Of a stretch of DNA of 64,000 nucleotides, positions 1 to 13,457 are shown in pieces. This DNA comes from Octopus bimaculoides. Its lineage: Eukaryota. The position numbers and the translations under genes are program-made. The notes under the pieces are model-generated. The model ran no database searches and was not told the DNA's origin. It saw nothing but the letters and a program-made list of their open reading frames with translations. Within the stretch, counting starts at the first letter, position 1. Each line of letters begins with the position of its first letter. The stretch covers positions 42,478,486 to 42,542,485 of the forward strand of contig NC_068993.1 in the NCBI RefSeq assembly GCF_001194135.2, read 5' to 3'.

Positions 1-1002
1 TATATACATACACAGATATATATGTATGTGATTTGCAGGTGCATGTATTTGCATGTCTTATAGGTTTTAACAAGGAGCTTTGTCGGAAAAGTAAAAAGTA
101 CATACATAGACAGATCAGCTGCATCAAAGATGTAAACATTTCTTTTATAATCAGCGAGAAAGATGAGTGATATTTATTGACGATTACTTCGAGACATACA
201 TTTTAACTCTACAGATTCAAGTTTTGAAACTAATTGTATTTACGTTTTTGGTTCTCCAAATACAAACCTCAAAATTTGAGATGGGGAGCTACAAAGACAA
301 CCTGGCTACTGGATAACATGAACATGTGTCGGAAATCAATAAGTGGAACAGTAGACACATGCAAGATTTTCTAAAATTTGATATGGAAAGTTTATCCAAA
401 TCTTGCTATAGATATTATGGTGATAGGAAGTTTTAATCTTTTAGTAATTACAATCTCGCGGGCGCGTGTTTATACCTCATAAATAACTCATAAAAAGTCA
501 GGATGTATGAGAGATGCCTATATTTATTTTACGAGTTGATATCCGTCGGATGGCAGCCGTTTCGCAGCCTTCATGACGTAATATCCAATGGAATAAATAT
601 ATTCATCTCTCAAACCTACGGATTATTTATATTTTATATACGTTACATGAAATAATTTCATTGGCTCTATCTACTGGATTTCGGTTGCATAGGACACTAC
701 ACTACACTCCTCCGTGTTCGATTATTATGTGGTATATAGCAAGTTCTACTGGAGGATCATTCTAGTGATTAGCACAAGGTTCTATTAATTCATACATTAC
801 AACTTGACTTTACATTATATAAATATTTAATGTAAATGCTGTGTAAATATGTGTACATATATACACACTTATATTTGCATATGAATATATACTCATGTAT
901 GTGAATATGTATATATATATATATATNNNNNNNNNNGTTGGAAATTACAAAAGAACAAAACAAAAGACGAAGACGGGTGTGAAAACAACAAGCAGATATA
1001 TT

Positions 1003-1078
1003 AGTTATATGTATACTGATGAGAAACAGATATTTTCGGTAAGGAAATATTAATTTCGAAACTGGTTTGTGGATAACT
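1003..1078 (+). ncRNA. Candidate type I hammerhead ribozyme (Penelope-like minimal stem III)
   Basis: CTGATGA 1016-1022; stem II GAAA/TTTC extended by ATATTTTC/GGAAATAT; GAAA 1058-1061; self-complementary ACTGGT then T (GUU site, 1067); stem I TATA/TGTG plus AGTTAT/ATAACT. Folded by eye. Confidence 0.6.
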
Positions 1079-1227
1079 TTGTGTGTATTTATGTAATTTT
1101 CACTTGTCTTGCCCGTATACGTTTTGTTAGTTCGCTAAATTTTCTTTGAGAACAATTCGATCTTAGTAGACGAATTACATGTGATCTTCTTCTAGCACAT
1201 TAACAGTCCACCTAGTGGTCTCCTTTA

Positions 1228-1269
<42 letters not shown>

Positions 1270-3359
1270 CATACATATATGTAGATGGATGGATAGATAA
1301 AGAAATAGATAGATAGATACATATTCTACATACATATATACACGCAGACACACACACACACTTATGCGCGCGCGAACATTTGTGTACGCATATACACACA
1401 GATATACAGATATACGCACACATAGCAAATATATGTGTGTGTGTGTGTCTGTGTGTGTGTTTGTGCGTGTGTGTATGTGAGTGTGCAACTCCAGCGTTCT
1501 AGAATTCTTGATTGTTTCTGGCTTTTTGAGGACATTTTTGGGTTTGCTTACGTTCCTGTAAACTTGCACTGCAACAAAAAGTCATCGATAAAAAAAAACA
1601 CAAAGTTAAAAGATAAACATTGTGGTTGTTTTCATAAACTAAACGTTCCAACGCACCCCCCAGATTCATAGTAGTCATTGTCCGAAAGATATGAGATGGG
1701 GAAGCAGAATATCTTGTGGTGGTCTTTAACTTGAGAAAAAAGTGAGATATTTTGTTTAAAATTCTTTCCTTTTAGTTACTTTAAATTCTAACTAGAATTG
1801 CCTGTATGGCTTTATCGTATGAGATGTGATACTATAAGGTTAAACTAAGATATATTATACTGTTCTTGTCCATCATTTTGATCGTTTTTATCCTTTTCCT
1901 CCTCTGAAGCGCACTCACAAAATCAATTTTTATCATATTACTTTATTTGTTTTTGTTTTTTTTTCCTTCAGAGTGAAGATTGTAACTCTAGAACATATTT
2001 CTTACGATCCCTTTATATTCGATTAATTATTGTTGCTTCCTGCAAGGAATATATATATAGATAGAATGGAGGAAACTGAATTGTATAGCAATCATTTACA
2101 CCTACCTGACTCTCTTTAGGTTTTTATGTTCTCAATTTCACCAGATTTTACACAATCTACGATTTAATTTCAATTCTGAAGAATCATTCTCCACAAACGA
2201 TTAAATAAGGAAGAGGTTGGTATAATATTACATGTTGTCAAAACGAGCTTCCTATTTTTTTATTCTTCAAAAAAAATGAGGAAGAAAGATATTGAGTTTG
2301 CAGATATTCAATATATTTACTTTCTGAGTTTTCTTTATTATACCTAAGTTCCTTAAGAAAAAAAGGGAATGGTATTCCAGTTGACGTTATTAATAGTTGA
2401 GCAATTTCCACAAACTCATTAAATGTCTTTATAAAACGCAATATAAGGGAATAATACTGAAAGACGACGTTTCCTACACCAATTTCGAAAATAATCGCTT
2501 CTTTCCTTCTCTTCTTATCTATTCAATAAATATTTTTTCTTCGTTCTCGAAGGTAACATGCTATATATATATATATAGCCCCCCCCCACACACACACACA
2601 CATACATGTGTATTTATATATATATATATNNNNNNNNNNNNNNNNNNNNNNNNNNNNNNNNNNNNNNNNNNNNNNNNNNNNNNNNNNNNNNNNNNNNNNN
2701 NNNNNNNNNNNNNNNNNNNNNNNNNNNNNNNNNNNNNNNNNNNNNNNNNNNNNNNNNNNNNNNNNNNNNNNNNNNNNNNNNNNNNNNNNNNNNNNNNNNN
2801 NNNNNNNNNNNNNNNNNNNNNNNNNNNNNNNNNNNNNNNNNNNNNNNNNNNNNNNNNNNNNNNNNNNNNNNNNNNNNNNNNNNNNNNNNNNNNNNNNNNN
2901 NNNNNNNNNNNNNNNNNNNNNNNNNNNNNNNNNNNNNNNNNNNNNNNNNNNNNNNNNNNNNNNNNNNNNNNNNNNNNNNNNNNNNNNNNNNNNNNNNNNN
3001 NNNNNNNNNNNNNNNNNNNNNNNNNNNNNNNNNNNNNNNNNNNNNNNNNNNNNNNNNNNNNNNNNNNNNNNNNNNNNNNNNNNNNNNNNNNNNNNNNNNN
3101 NNNNNNNNNNNTACTGATGAATATCAACTACTGTTGAAGCTTACTGTTGGTTAGGACATAGGAAAATACACATTGGTCGAAAGGATGGGATAATATATAC
3201 ATTTTAGCAATTCCTATTCAAATAATAAAATGGTATAGCTTGATACTCCTGCTTTAAACTTATCAGTTAAAAATCAATATGCTCTCATAAGTATGTTTTT
3301 ATGTTAATTTCATTCTTTAGATTTTCGAATTTAAAATTGAGAAAATATTCTATATGATA

Positions 3360-3394
<35 letters not shown>

Positions 3395-4192
3395 AACGCG
3401 CATATCTCCACTTTCATCTATTTCAAGTGTTACTGAAGTCACGGATACACACACGCATGACAACACACACATACACATACACACATACACATACACACAC
3501 ATACACACACATACACACGCACGCACGCACACATGTTATATAGTTATATGTGTATATTTATCTATGTATGTATGCATGCATGTCTATCTGTCTGTCTGCC
3601 TGTCTGTCCGTATGTATGTATGTATGTATGTATGTAATTATAGCGTTATGTACATTTTTATTGTCGCTTAAACCTTTATTTCACCAGCTGCGACAGAATA
3701 CAACGTTCATACTAGAAATACACGCCTCTGCAACAAGCTTCGTCCAATCAAAACCGCTAAGATACCTCACATTTTGTCCCAGGGCTTACGGTTTGCTTAA
3801 TCTATATTCACCAAACATAAAAACCACTGCAAAATAGTCCTATTCAGCTAAAGCCTGGTGAGCTTCGAATATGTCCAACAGTTTTTGTAAAAGCTGTACT
3901 CGATTGTAACATTTCAACGCATTTCTTCTATGGTCCAGAAATTTTTGTCACCTCCCTGACATTAAATTGATAAGAAATATACAAATTAATAAATATTTCA
4001 GTCTACCATATGTATCAAAACTCTCATTTCGTACCGATAAGTTACTATGCATTCCTTCATTTATGGACTTGCGTGCCTGTGTGTGTTGTGTTTGTGTGTG
4101 CTTGTATGTGTGTTTGCGTGCGTCTGAATCTGTATGTACCTATGTCCGTTGTTTTGTATGTGCTTAATATATTAATCTAATTATTAAATCAG

Positions 4193-4290
4193 CCAGTTGG
4201 CAGAATCGTTAGCTCTGAGTTCAAATTCTGCCGAGGTCATCTTTGCCTTTCGCCCATTCGGGTTCGATAAAAATAAGAACCAGTTGAACG
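4193..4290 (+). mobile_element. tRNA-derived SINE (family A), internally deleted copy
   Basis: GGCAGAATCGTTAG...CTGAGTTCAAATTCTGCCGAGGTC...TTTGCCTTT...GATAAAAATAAG; same module recurs at 18083, 18535, 24233, 39765, 42874. Confidence 0.75.
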
Positions 4291-4437
4291 ATGAAATAAA
4301 ATGAACATTGACAGAGAAATGTATACAGAGAAATCTGTTATGATCATTGGTCATTTGGTCATCGAAGAGTGAATAGTCCGGTGTTAGTGAGGACGGGTTA
4401 TCTCCCCTACCCCAGCTGATTGCATATACATATATTC

Positions 4438-4598
4438 GATGGGTTTCTTTCAGTTTCCGTGTGCACAAGTTTCCAATCACAAGGCGACCCGTGTCTATAA
4501 TAAAAGACACTTGCCCAGGGTGCTACGAAGTGCGACTGAAACCGAAACCATATGTTTGGGAAGCAGACTTCTTACCACAGAACCACACCTGCGCCTGT
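4438..4598 (-). mobile_element. tRNA-derived SINE (family B) 5' part
   Basis: Reverse complement reads ACAGGCGCAGGTGTGGTTCTGTGGTAAGAAG...CACCCTGGGCAAGTGTCTT...ACGGAAACTGAAAGAAACCC; homologous to 38977-39142. Confidence 0.8.
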
Positions 4599-4619
4599 TA
4601 AAATTAGGGAGACGTCGTT

Positions 4620-4692
4620 TAGAGAATCGGAATATCGATCCCGGTACCCCTAGCATGGTGTGTGCACGTTCTACCATCTGAGCTAATTCCCC
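4620..4692 (-). pseudogene. tRNA-Ala(AGC)-derived pseudogene
   Basis: 73-nt reverse complement GGGGAATTAGCTCAGATGGTAGAACG...CCGGGATCGATATTCCGATTCTCTA is collinear with the metazoan tRNA-Ala(AGC) sequence as I recall it; anticodon arm disrupted (AGC position reads ACC). Confidence 0.75.
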
Positions 4693-5752
4693 ATCTTACA
4701 TTAATTAACAAGGCAAAAAAAATACACCTTTATGTGCTTCAGTAAAGATTTGTGGAACTGCAGCTCAACACACCATCAACTTAGATGATGTAGTACTTAA
4801 CGTTAACAATATAACTAAATAATAGAATGATCCTTAAAACCTATTCCTCGCAGCATAACACATCCTCAGTTATACGTTACAATCTACTAACCTCATGAAA
4901 ATAAGTGAAAGCCTCATACACACTACAACAATGCAAGACACATCCCATACAAACTGGGCCTCAAACAAGAAAACTATGACATTACAAACAATAAAAGCCT
5001 AGCTTAGTTTCAAACCGATCCACCTCAAAAAGACCTTCCGAAAAAATACAGAGAATGAGTTAGACATTAATTGGATTATTAGTAGTAAATAACCTTTTAA
5101 GAAGACACTGTCAATTATGTATGATATGTTAAGTATCATATTAATAGTTGTAAAGTCTATAAAACGGAAGAAGGGAACATTTTTCCTCAGAATTAGAGCT
5201 ATCGTTTTACTCTGTTTTTATGCTATTTTCAGTTCCATTATTGAATTGTGTATGGTATTCCTTATAAACACCAAACAAGAATGCTATAGAAGATACGTAA
5301 GGCTAGAAAATTACCATCTTGTTTTCTGCTTTGTAATGGTGGAGGATGAACAATATCAGTATAGTGTTGGTCAAGTTGTTAAGTGATATTATGTTTTGAC
5401 TTCAAATCCCACCGAAGTCAAATTTGCTTTTTTACTTTCAGCATTATCACCATCGTCTCAATTCCTACGGTACAAGTGGCCGAGACCACAACATTTTATT
5501 TCAACGGGATATAGTCCATAGCAAGGAGCTACGTGAAATGAAGTATTTTGCACAAGAATACAATGCACCACTTAGTGCAGGAATCGAAAACACTATCTTG
5601 CGATTGTGTGTGCAACACCCTAACCACTAGGTCACGTGCCTTTCAGGTCCTTTCAACTAAAATGGCCTTAAATTACCAGAGTCAATTTAGTTAGCAGCTG
5701 ATCTGCCCCGACTGGAATTGTTCTAACATGAAAATAATTTATATATGTATGC

Positions 5753-5805
<53 letters not shown>

Positions 5806-6899
5806 CAGTAACGGCCATAATATAAGGGTCAGTAAGAGCACGTGTATTGAAATAGTTATTATAGACGATTAACAAAACCGGTAGATCTAGAATGTCACAT
5901 AAGGATATGTTTAAGGGTGCTGCTGAGATATCCCACGAGTTTAGCTCCACTTCCGATGTCAACGTATCACGCAAATCAATTTTTCAGAGGTTACAAGGTT
6001 TGGGGTTGCTTGCTCGAGCACCGACAAAAAAACCTATGATCTCCAAGAATAATCAAAAAGCCTGTCTTCATTTTGCTCTCGAACATGTCATTTGGACAGA
6101 AGAGCAGTGGTTGCAGGTTCATTTTAGCGATTAAATCAAAGTTTAATGTGATTGGTTCCGATGGCGGGATGTACATGCTTCGAAGTGGTGAAAGGTTGTC
6201 CCGTGCACGTGTGAAGAAAACAGTGAAATATGGAGGAGGAAGTTTAAAGGTATGAGGAGTGATCTCTGCTGCTAGTCCTGGTCCACTTATTCGCCTACAA
6301 GGGACTGTCACTGCTGAATTCTACAAGCAGATTCTTAGACAGCATACCCTTCCACATCTCCGATCCTCGTCAGTTCAACTTCCTATCTTCGTGCAGGACA
6401 ACGCTCCCTGTTACACTGCGAAAAGAGTCACGGATTTTTTGAGTGGTTGATCTCATGGACTGGCTACCTCAAGGTCCCGATCTCAACCCTATAGAAAATG
6501 TTTGGAAGATTATTGGAGATGGGGCGCGAAAGAGAAATCGAAAGAACCAAGATGAACACTGAGCATTATTGAAAAACGAATGGTACAATGTTACTCCATC
6601 ATTTTGCAAGAAATTAATTCGGTCCTACAGTAACAGATGTTAGGAGGTCATTGATAGTAAAGGGATTTTCACAAAATATTAATAGTAGGAGTTTCTTTTT
6701 TGTTGTTTTTCTAAGTAACCCGTTATTTCCCCATAACTTGCAAAATGTTTATGCCAGTCACTTGAAACTTTCACGGACGATAGATAGTATACATATCTAA
6801 ATATGTGTAAAATATCTAGTCTCAACATTTTGTTAATCGTCTACAATAAGTATTTTAATACACCTGTTCTTACTGACCCTGAAGTTAAGACCGCTATTG
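5806..6899 (+). mobile_element. Tc1-family DNA transposon, defective (N-terminal deletion, stops, frameshift)
   Basis: ~90-100 bp imperfect TIRs (CAGTAACGGCC...GGGTCAGTAAGA / TCTTACTGACCC...CCGCTATTG) flanked by TA; transposase motifs HFSD*SKF, YGGGSLKV, FVQDNAPC, PDLNPIENVW (DD34E type). Confidence 0.9.
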
Positions 6900-6917
6900 T
6901 ATACACACACACAGACA

Positions 6918-6956
<39 letters not shown>

Positions 6957-7698
6957 GTATATATATATNNNNNNNNNNNNNNNNNNNNNNNNNNNNNNNN
7001 NNNNNNNNNNNNNNNNNNNNNNNNNNNNNNNNNNNNNNNNNNNNNNNNNNNNNNNNNNNNNNNNNNNNNNNNNNNNNNNNNNNNNNNNNNNNNNNNNNNN
7101 NNNNNNNNNNNNNNNNNNNNNNNNNNNNNNNNNNNNNNNNNNNNNNNNNNNNNNNNNNNNNNNNNNNNNNNNNNNNNNNNNNNNNNNNNNNNNNNNNNNN
7201 NNNNNNNNNNNNNNNNNNNNNNNNNNNNNNNNNNNNNNNNNNNNNNNNNNNNNNNNNNNNNNNNNNNNNNNNNNNNNNNNNNNNNNNNNNNNNNNNNNNN
7301 NNNNNNNNNNNNNNNNNNNNNNNNNNNNNNNNNNNNNNNNNNNNNNNNNNNNNNNNNNNNNNNNNNNNNNNNNNNNNNNNNNNNNNNNNNNNNNNNNNNN
7401 NNNNNNNNNNNNNNNNNNNNNNNNNNNNNNNNNNNNNNNNNNNNNNNNNNNNNNNNNNNNNNNNNNNNNNNNNNNNNNNNNNNNNNNNNNNNNNNNNNNN
7501 NNNNNNNNNNNNNNNNNNNNNNNNNNNNNNNNNNNNNNNNNNNNNNNNNNNNNNNNNNNNNNNNNNNNNNNNNNNNNNNNNNNNATATATATATATATAT
7601 ACGAGTGACTGGACAAACGAAAGGATACTCAACCAGTTCATTGGGAGTTACATGTATGGATCAAAATAGGTTCATTCAAATTTGTTGATATTCTTTAG

Positions 7699-8560
7699 TT
7701 TCAAGCGTGATGCGACTCGTCAGCCATTTTGAATTTGAAATTCAAAATACCTGACGAATAGCATCGTGCGTGAAACCCCACACACGCATATACACACGCA
7801 CACACAGACACACACGCACACACTTGCATGAACTAAAAGTCGGAGGGAATGGGGTAAACAACTTCCATCGACTTGCTATAAAAGCAGATAGTAAATTTAT
7901 CTTGTACTTATTCTTAGTGCAAGTTTTGAAGAGTGCTGTTCGATTTTAACAGTTAATTTTTCAAAGCTATAATAGAGGTGACAAAGGATGATGATATTCG
8001 GCATATTTTGCTTTATTAGTTCAATACAGGCAACAACGCAACAGAAAGTGGAAGGAATATTAACGCTGTATATGGGGATCGAACATTAAGTGTAAGCCAG
8101 TGTCAAAGGTGTTTCCAGAAATTGCGGACCGGAAAGATCTGTAGAGCTCGACGAGGATGTCCTGTTAATCCTGGTGGAACAAAACCTTGTCGTAACTGTT
8201 AAGGAACTAGCAGAGAAGATTGGATTTGGTCATTCAACCATTCATCGACACATGCATGCCATCGGAAAAGTCAGCAAATTGGGTGAACATGTGATCTTCT
8301 TTCTAGTCACGTCTCACCCACCATATGCGCAGGACATTGCTCCATCTGATTATCATTTATTCCGTAGTCTTCAAAATCCTTTCGAACGGAAAAATATGAA
8401 TTTTGTAGACGAGGTTACAGCAGTACTGGAAGAATATTCTACGTCACGGACAAGTGAATTTTAGAAGAAGGGGCCTTGCAAGTCCACCTGATAGATGGAA
8501 GAGTATTGTAGAAAATGAAGATTGAAAAAGAATTTTGTTTATCGTCCTTTTGACAAATAA
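7699..8560 (+). mobile_element. mariner (DD34D-type) transposon remnant with large internal deletion
   Basis: N-terminal IRHILLY*FNTGNNATESGRNINAVYG and HTH ELAEKIGFGHSTIHRH jump directly to HPPYAQDIAPSDYHLFRSLQN; palindromic 5' region. Confidence 0.8.
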
Positions 8561-8692
8561 AAGAGATGTAAAAAGNNNNNNNNNNNNNNNNNNNNNNNNN
8601 NNNNNNNNNNNNNNNNNNNNNNNNNNNNNNNNNNNNNNNNNNNNNNNNNNNNNNNCATACACACATATATAAATATACATGCATACACACAC

Positions 8693-8739
<47 letters not shown>

Positions 8740-8989
8740 TTCTGAGTTCTATATATTCTAAGTGTGCTACAGAAACTAAATGAAGATTATATATTTAATA
8801 TTATCTATTGAACAGCTTATAAACATAACTAAAATAGAGAGAAGTCTCGAAATAAATCATGTAAGGAATAATAATTTCTAGTTGTCAGTCAGATTTTACC
8901 CCACTTATCATCAGTTTTAATTTTAAGAATACAGTTTAAGATAGTAAAATAAGTATTATCTCAGTGGCGCCGGTTTGGTAAACTTATAC

Positions 8990-9200
8990 ATACTTACACA
9001 TATTTCTCCACCACTCCTGCTCTGTATGTTTGTGGGTATGTGTGTACGTGTGTTTCTGCGCATGCGATTGTGCGTGTGTGTGCGTCTGTGTTTGTATGTA
9101 AACATACATATATTCACAAGTATATATATATGTGTGTGTGTATTCACACACATACATGTGTATATATGTATATTTATTCATATATATATATATATCCATA

Positions 9201-9292
<92 letters not shown>

Positions 9293-9513
9293 TATGCATA
9301 TACACACATATATACAAATATACATATATACATATATATACACACATACATGTATATATATAAATTTATATATATAGATGAAAGTATATTTATCCATATA
9401 TACACAGATATACAGACATATATACATACATGTAAGTACATGTATGTATTGTTACTTACATTTATATATACATGTACATATATATATATGTATGTATTTT
9501 TACATATGTATGT

Positions 9514-9586
<73 letters not shown>
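8990..9586. repeat. Compound (TA)n/(TG)n/(CA)n microsatellite running into an N gap
   Basis: Read directly; representative of many similar tracts (e.g. 1231-1480, 24900-25385, 48190-48450, 50660-51000, 62820-63435). Confidence 0.95.
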
Positions 9587-10879
9587 NNNNNNNNNNNNNN
9601 NNNNNNNNNNNNNNNNNNNNNNNNNNNNNNNNNNNNNNNNNNNNNNNNNNNNNNNNNNNNNNNNNNNNNNNNNNNNNNNNNNNNNNNNNNNNNNNNNNNN
9701 NNNNNNNNNNNNNNNNNNNNNNNNNNNNNNNNNNNNNNNNNNNNNNNNNNNNNNNNNNNNNNNNNNNNNNNNNNNNNNNNNNNNNNNNNNNNNNNNNNNN
9801 NNNNNNNNNNNNNNNNNNNNNNNNNNNNNNNNNNNNNNNNNNNNNNNNNNNNNNNNNNNNNNNNNNNNNNNNNNNNNNNNNNNNNNNNNNNNNNNNNNNN
9901 NNNNNNNNNNNNNNNNNNNNNNNNNNNNNNNNNNNNNNNNNNNNNNNNNNNNNNNNNNNNNNNNNNNNNNNNNNNNNNNNNNNNNNNNNNNNNNNNNNNN
10001 NNNNNNNNNNNNNNNNNNNNNNNNNNNNNNNNNNNNNNNNNNNNNNNNNNNNNNNNNNNNNNNNNNNNNNNNNNNNNNNNNNNNNNNNNNNNNNNNNNNN
10101 NNNNNNNNNNNNNNNNNNNNNNNNNNNNNNNNNNNNNNNNNNNNNNNNNNNNNNNNNNNNNNNNNNNNNNNNNNNNNNNNNNNNNNNNNNNNNNNNNNNN
10201 NNNNNNNNNNNNNNNNNNNNNNNNNNNNNNNNNNNNNNNNNNNNNNNNNNNNNNNNNNNNNNNNNNNNNNNNNNNNNNNNNNNNNNNNNNNNNNNNNNNN
10301 NNNNNNNNNNNNNNNNNNNNNNNNNNNNNNNNNNNNNNNNNNNNNNNNNNNNNNNNNNNNNNNNNNNNNNNNNNNNNNNNNNNNNNNNNNNNNNNNNNNN
10401 NNNNNNNNNNNNNNNNNNNNNNNNNNNNNNNNNNNNNNNNNNNNNNNNNNTATCTTTTAACAATCTCTATTTTATTTTTATGATTGATTCTCCTTTTAAA
10501 TTTCAAGTATATTCAAAGATATCTTAATGCATCAGATGGATTACACTTAGGTTGTGTTCTAACTTAAAAGTTTCTGCTAAAAATATTCCTGCCAGCCTGC
10601 CAGGATTATATAGTTGTTTGTGTGTGAATATATGTATATAATACATCCATATAATCTTTGTGTGTGTGTGTTTATTTAAAATGTTCCTGTGATATGAGCA
10701 TACTATGAATTAAGACGATATCTGTTAAACACTGACGCTTCAAAATATATATTTACAAGTCATAAAATAAACTGCAATGCAGAATAATTTGAAGTCACGA
10801 TTCTTATATATGAGCCTAAATGTTAGTACTTCTCAGGCAGGGTGTTATGTTTTAGGTGGAAGCGTTGATGTATGATTTT

Positions 10880-11015
10880 GAAATAAGCTTCAGCATCTTG
10901 TGGTTTGGAGTTCCATTCCACTACGCCCATCCACGTGAAGAGTCTTCTATTATTGCCCCAGGTTCGACTAATGCCTTGCGAGTGAATTTGGCAGACTGGA
11001 AAATATGCGGAACCC
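10880..11015 (+). mobile_element. Degraded family B SINE
   Basis: ...TCTTCTATTATTGCCCCAGGTTCGACTAATGCCTTGCGAGTGAATTTGGCAGAC... aligns by eye with 39020-39140. Confidence 0.55.
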
Positions 11016-11287
11016 CGTTGGATATTTGTTTGCATGCGTGTTTGTGTGTGTACCTTTTTTGTGTATATATATGTATGTCTGAGTCTGCGTACGCATGTGT
11101 CTGAGGTTTCTCCTCTCTGCTTGACAATAAGTGTTGTTTGTATAGGTTCCCCTCGCATTGTTAGCCGGATAATGGGTCAGATATAGTTAGTACCAGATTT
11201 AAAAACGCAGTGCAATCAAACTGATTTATTAACGACTTTCAGGCAATATCCAGCATTTCCTCCAGTCCAATTATTGAAGCAAAAAAT

Positions 11288-11663
11288 TGTTGTTGGCACT
11301 CCGTCGCTTACGACGTCGAGGGTTCCAGTTGATCCGATCAAATGAACAGCCTGCTCGTGAAATTAACGTGCAAGTGGCTGAGCACTCCACAGACACGTGT
11401 ACCCTTAACGTAGTTCTCAGGGATATTCAGTGTGACAAGGCTGACCCTTTGAATTACAGGCACAACAGAAACAGGAAGTAAGAGTGAGAGAAAGTTGTGG
11501 TGGAAGAGTACACCAGGGTTCGCCACCATCCCCTGTCGGAGCCTTGTGGAGCTTTAGGTGTTTTCGCTCAATAAAAAACTCACAACGCCCGGTCTGGGAA
11601 TCGAAACCGCGATCCTATGTCCGCGAATCTGCTGCCCTAACCACTGGGCCATTGCGCCTCCAC
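11288..11663 (-). mobile_element. Full-length tRNA-derived SINE (family C)
   Basis: Minus-strand head GTGGAGGCGCAATGGCCCAGTGGTTAGGGCAGC...GGTTTCGATTCCCAGACC (A and B boxes), (CAA)n tail; near-identical copy at 31146-31526. Confidence 0.9.
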
Positions 11664-13399
11664 GAAACAAATATAGATATAAGATAAAGATACACGAGAA
11701 TTATATATACAAAGTTATAACATTTATAAATGCTTCCAAATGTTTTTCTACGCTTAAAATCAAAAGTTTTTCGATATTTTCATCAAACAATTTCTAAATC
11801 TGAGTTATGGCTGGAGTTTCTATTTCGAAGCATGTGCAGTTAGAAATATCACATCATTCTCGAATCACACACTGCTATCCTAGAACAAGAAATAATATAG
11901 CACATTTGGAAATATGTTCCGAGATATACTATCAATGGATGCAGGTCACTCTTTGATTAAACCTCAACAACATTTGCATCTTCTTTTCTTTTGGAGTTTT
12001 TTTTTTTTTTGCATTGAGAACATATTTAACTTACAATTTGGTATTCTCAGAAAATGTAAGCAAAAAAATAATAGTATCTGAATGTAGCTGTCTTTTTACC
12101 TTCCTGTATTTGGTTACACTAATAATCTATACATACATTTTTATTAATTCTTTTAAGTTTTTAGACTCTAATGCTCGATTATATTACTTACAAATACTTC
12201 TTAGTGCTTTGTAGCTATTCTTTCTACTTTATGTTTTCTCAGACAGAATTCTTTTTTTAATACAGACATGTGTTTGACATTGCTTTGACACAGAAAGTAG
12301 ATAAACCTTTCGAACACATGCTTCTTCTCTTAATTTACTAGACGCCAAAAAGGTTTGCATTTCCGGCGTCAATTGCTCTAATATGTGCATCTATACTGTG
12401 CAGTGAATACAAAAGAATTCTAACATCCCCGAACCAAGTAGTTCATTATATGCCATATGTGCACAGTCGGTTTTGAGTTATGAGGACTACTAACAGATCA
12501 AACGTCAGAGTTATGCTGTGGATATATAAAGATTTTATTATTGAGAAAAAGAATTTTCCCATCTCATAAAATTACATTAGAATTTATCTCTTCTGACATT
12601 GAAAAATAAAGTGAGCTCTTTTTTCAAACCCAGTGTTAAATATAGAAATTCTTTATTTAATTAAATGAGATTTGATAGAATATGATATTAATTTTAATAA
12701 TGATTGAATACATTTAAATATGTGTTAATTGAAAGGCGGCGGCTATACTATATGAGAAGATATAATAATAATATGTAGTTATAAATTAGCTTGTTTAAAT
12801 ATAGAGATTCTCTTGCCTATAGTGCAAGAATATTTTTTCTGTATAAACCATAATATACGAACGACCGATGAGACAAAGGAGACACGTCGAGATTCCTCAG
12901 TACTCTACTTTGAATCTGTCTCCGTCTTTAATCGATAAGAAATTCGGCAATAATAACGTTGTGAGGTTGATTTCTTTAAATAATCTCCCTCTTTCCCAAC
13001 ATACCTTTTAGATATGCTTAATCAAAATAAATCATTGTTGAGAACATTAGAACCAGGATAATAGAAGAAAAGTGGTGACTAGTTAAAAATAACCAATCTA
13101 ATTGTAATTTTGTCGCGTATTGCTCCAGTGTTGCTCCAGTGTGGATCTCATAAAGATGACTAAAACTAACTAGAAAAATAAAAGAGCATAACCAGGTATT
13201 ATTTAGTTATGGTTTGGATTATCAGCGATAAATAATTCATCTACAGATTCAACAGAATCCCAAATCTGTTCTTTCAATTATAGACAATGCGCCCCAGAGT
13301 CAACTCCTATCCTCACCAGATACTTCTCTTTCTCTCTCTTACTCTCTCTCTCTCTATCTTTTTCTCTCCCACTTTCTCTGCATCACACACACACACACA

Positions 13400-13457
<58 letters not shown>

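Noticed and set aside
545-575. GTTTCG-CAGCCTTCATGA, resembling the reverse HHR of the 19.7-kb element
   Set aside because: Stem II is deleted, the core is broken and the flanks do not match; too short to call.
3114-3150. CTGATGA followed by a TCAAC/GTTGA hairpin
   Set aside because: No GAAA or stem III, and the 5' context is lost in an N gap.
7699-7775. CTGACGA...GAAAC on both strands as hammerheads
   Set aside because: Stem II is weak and there is no stem I/III or NUH geometry; better explained as the mariner palindrome.
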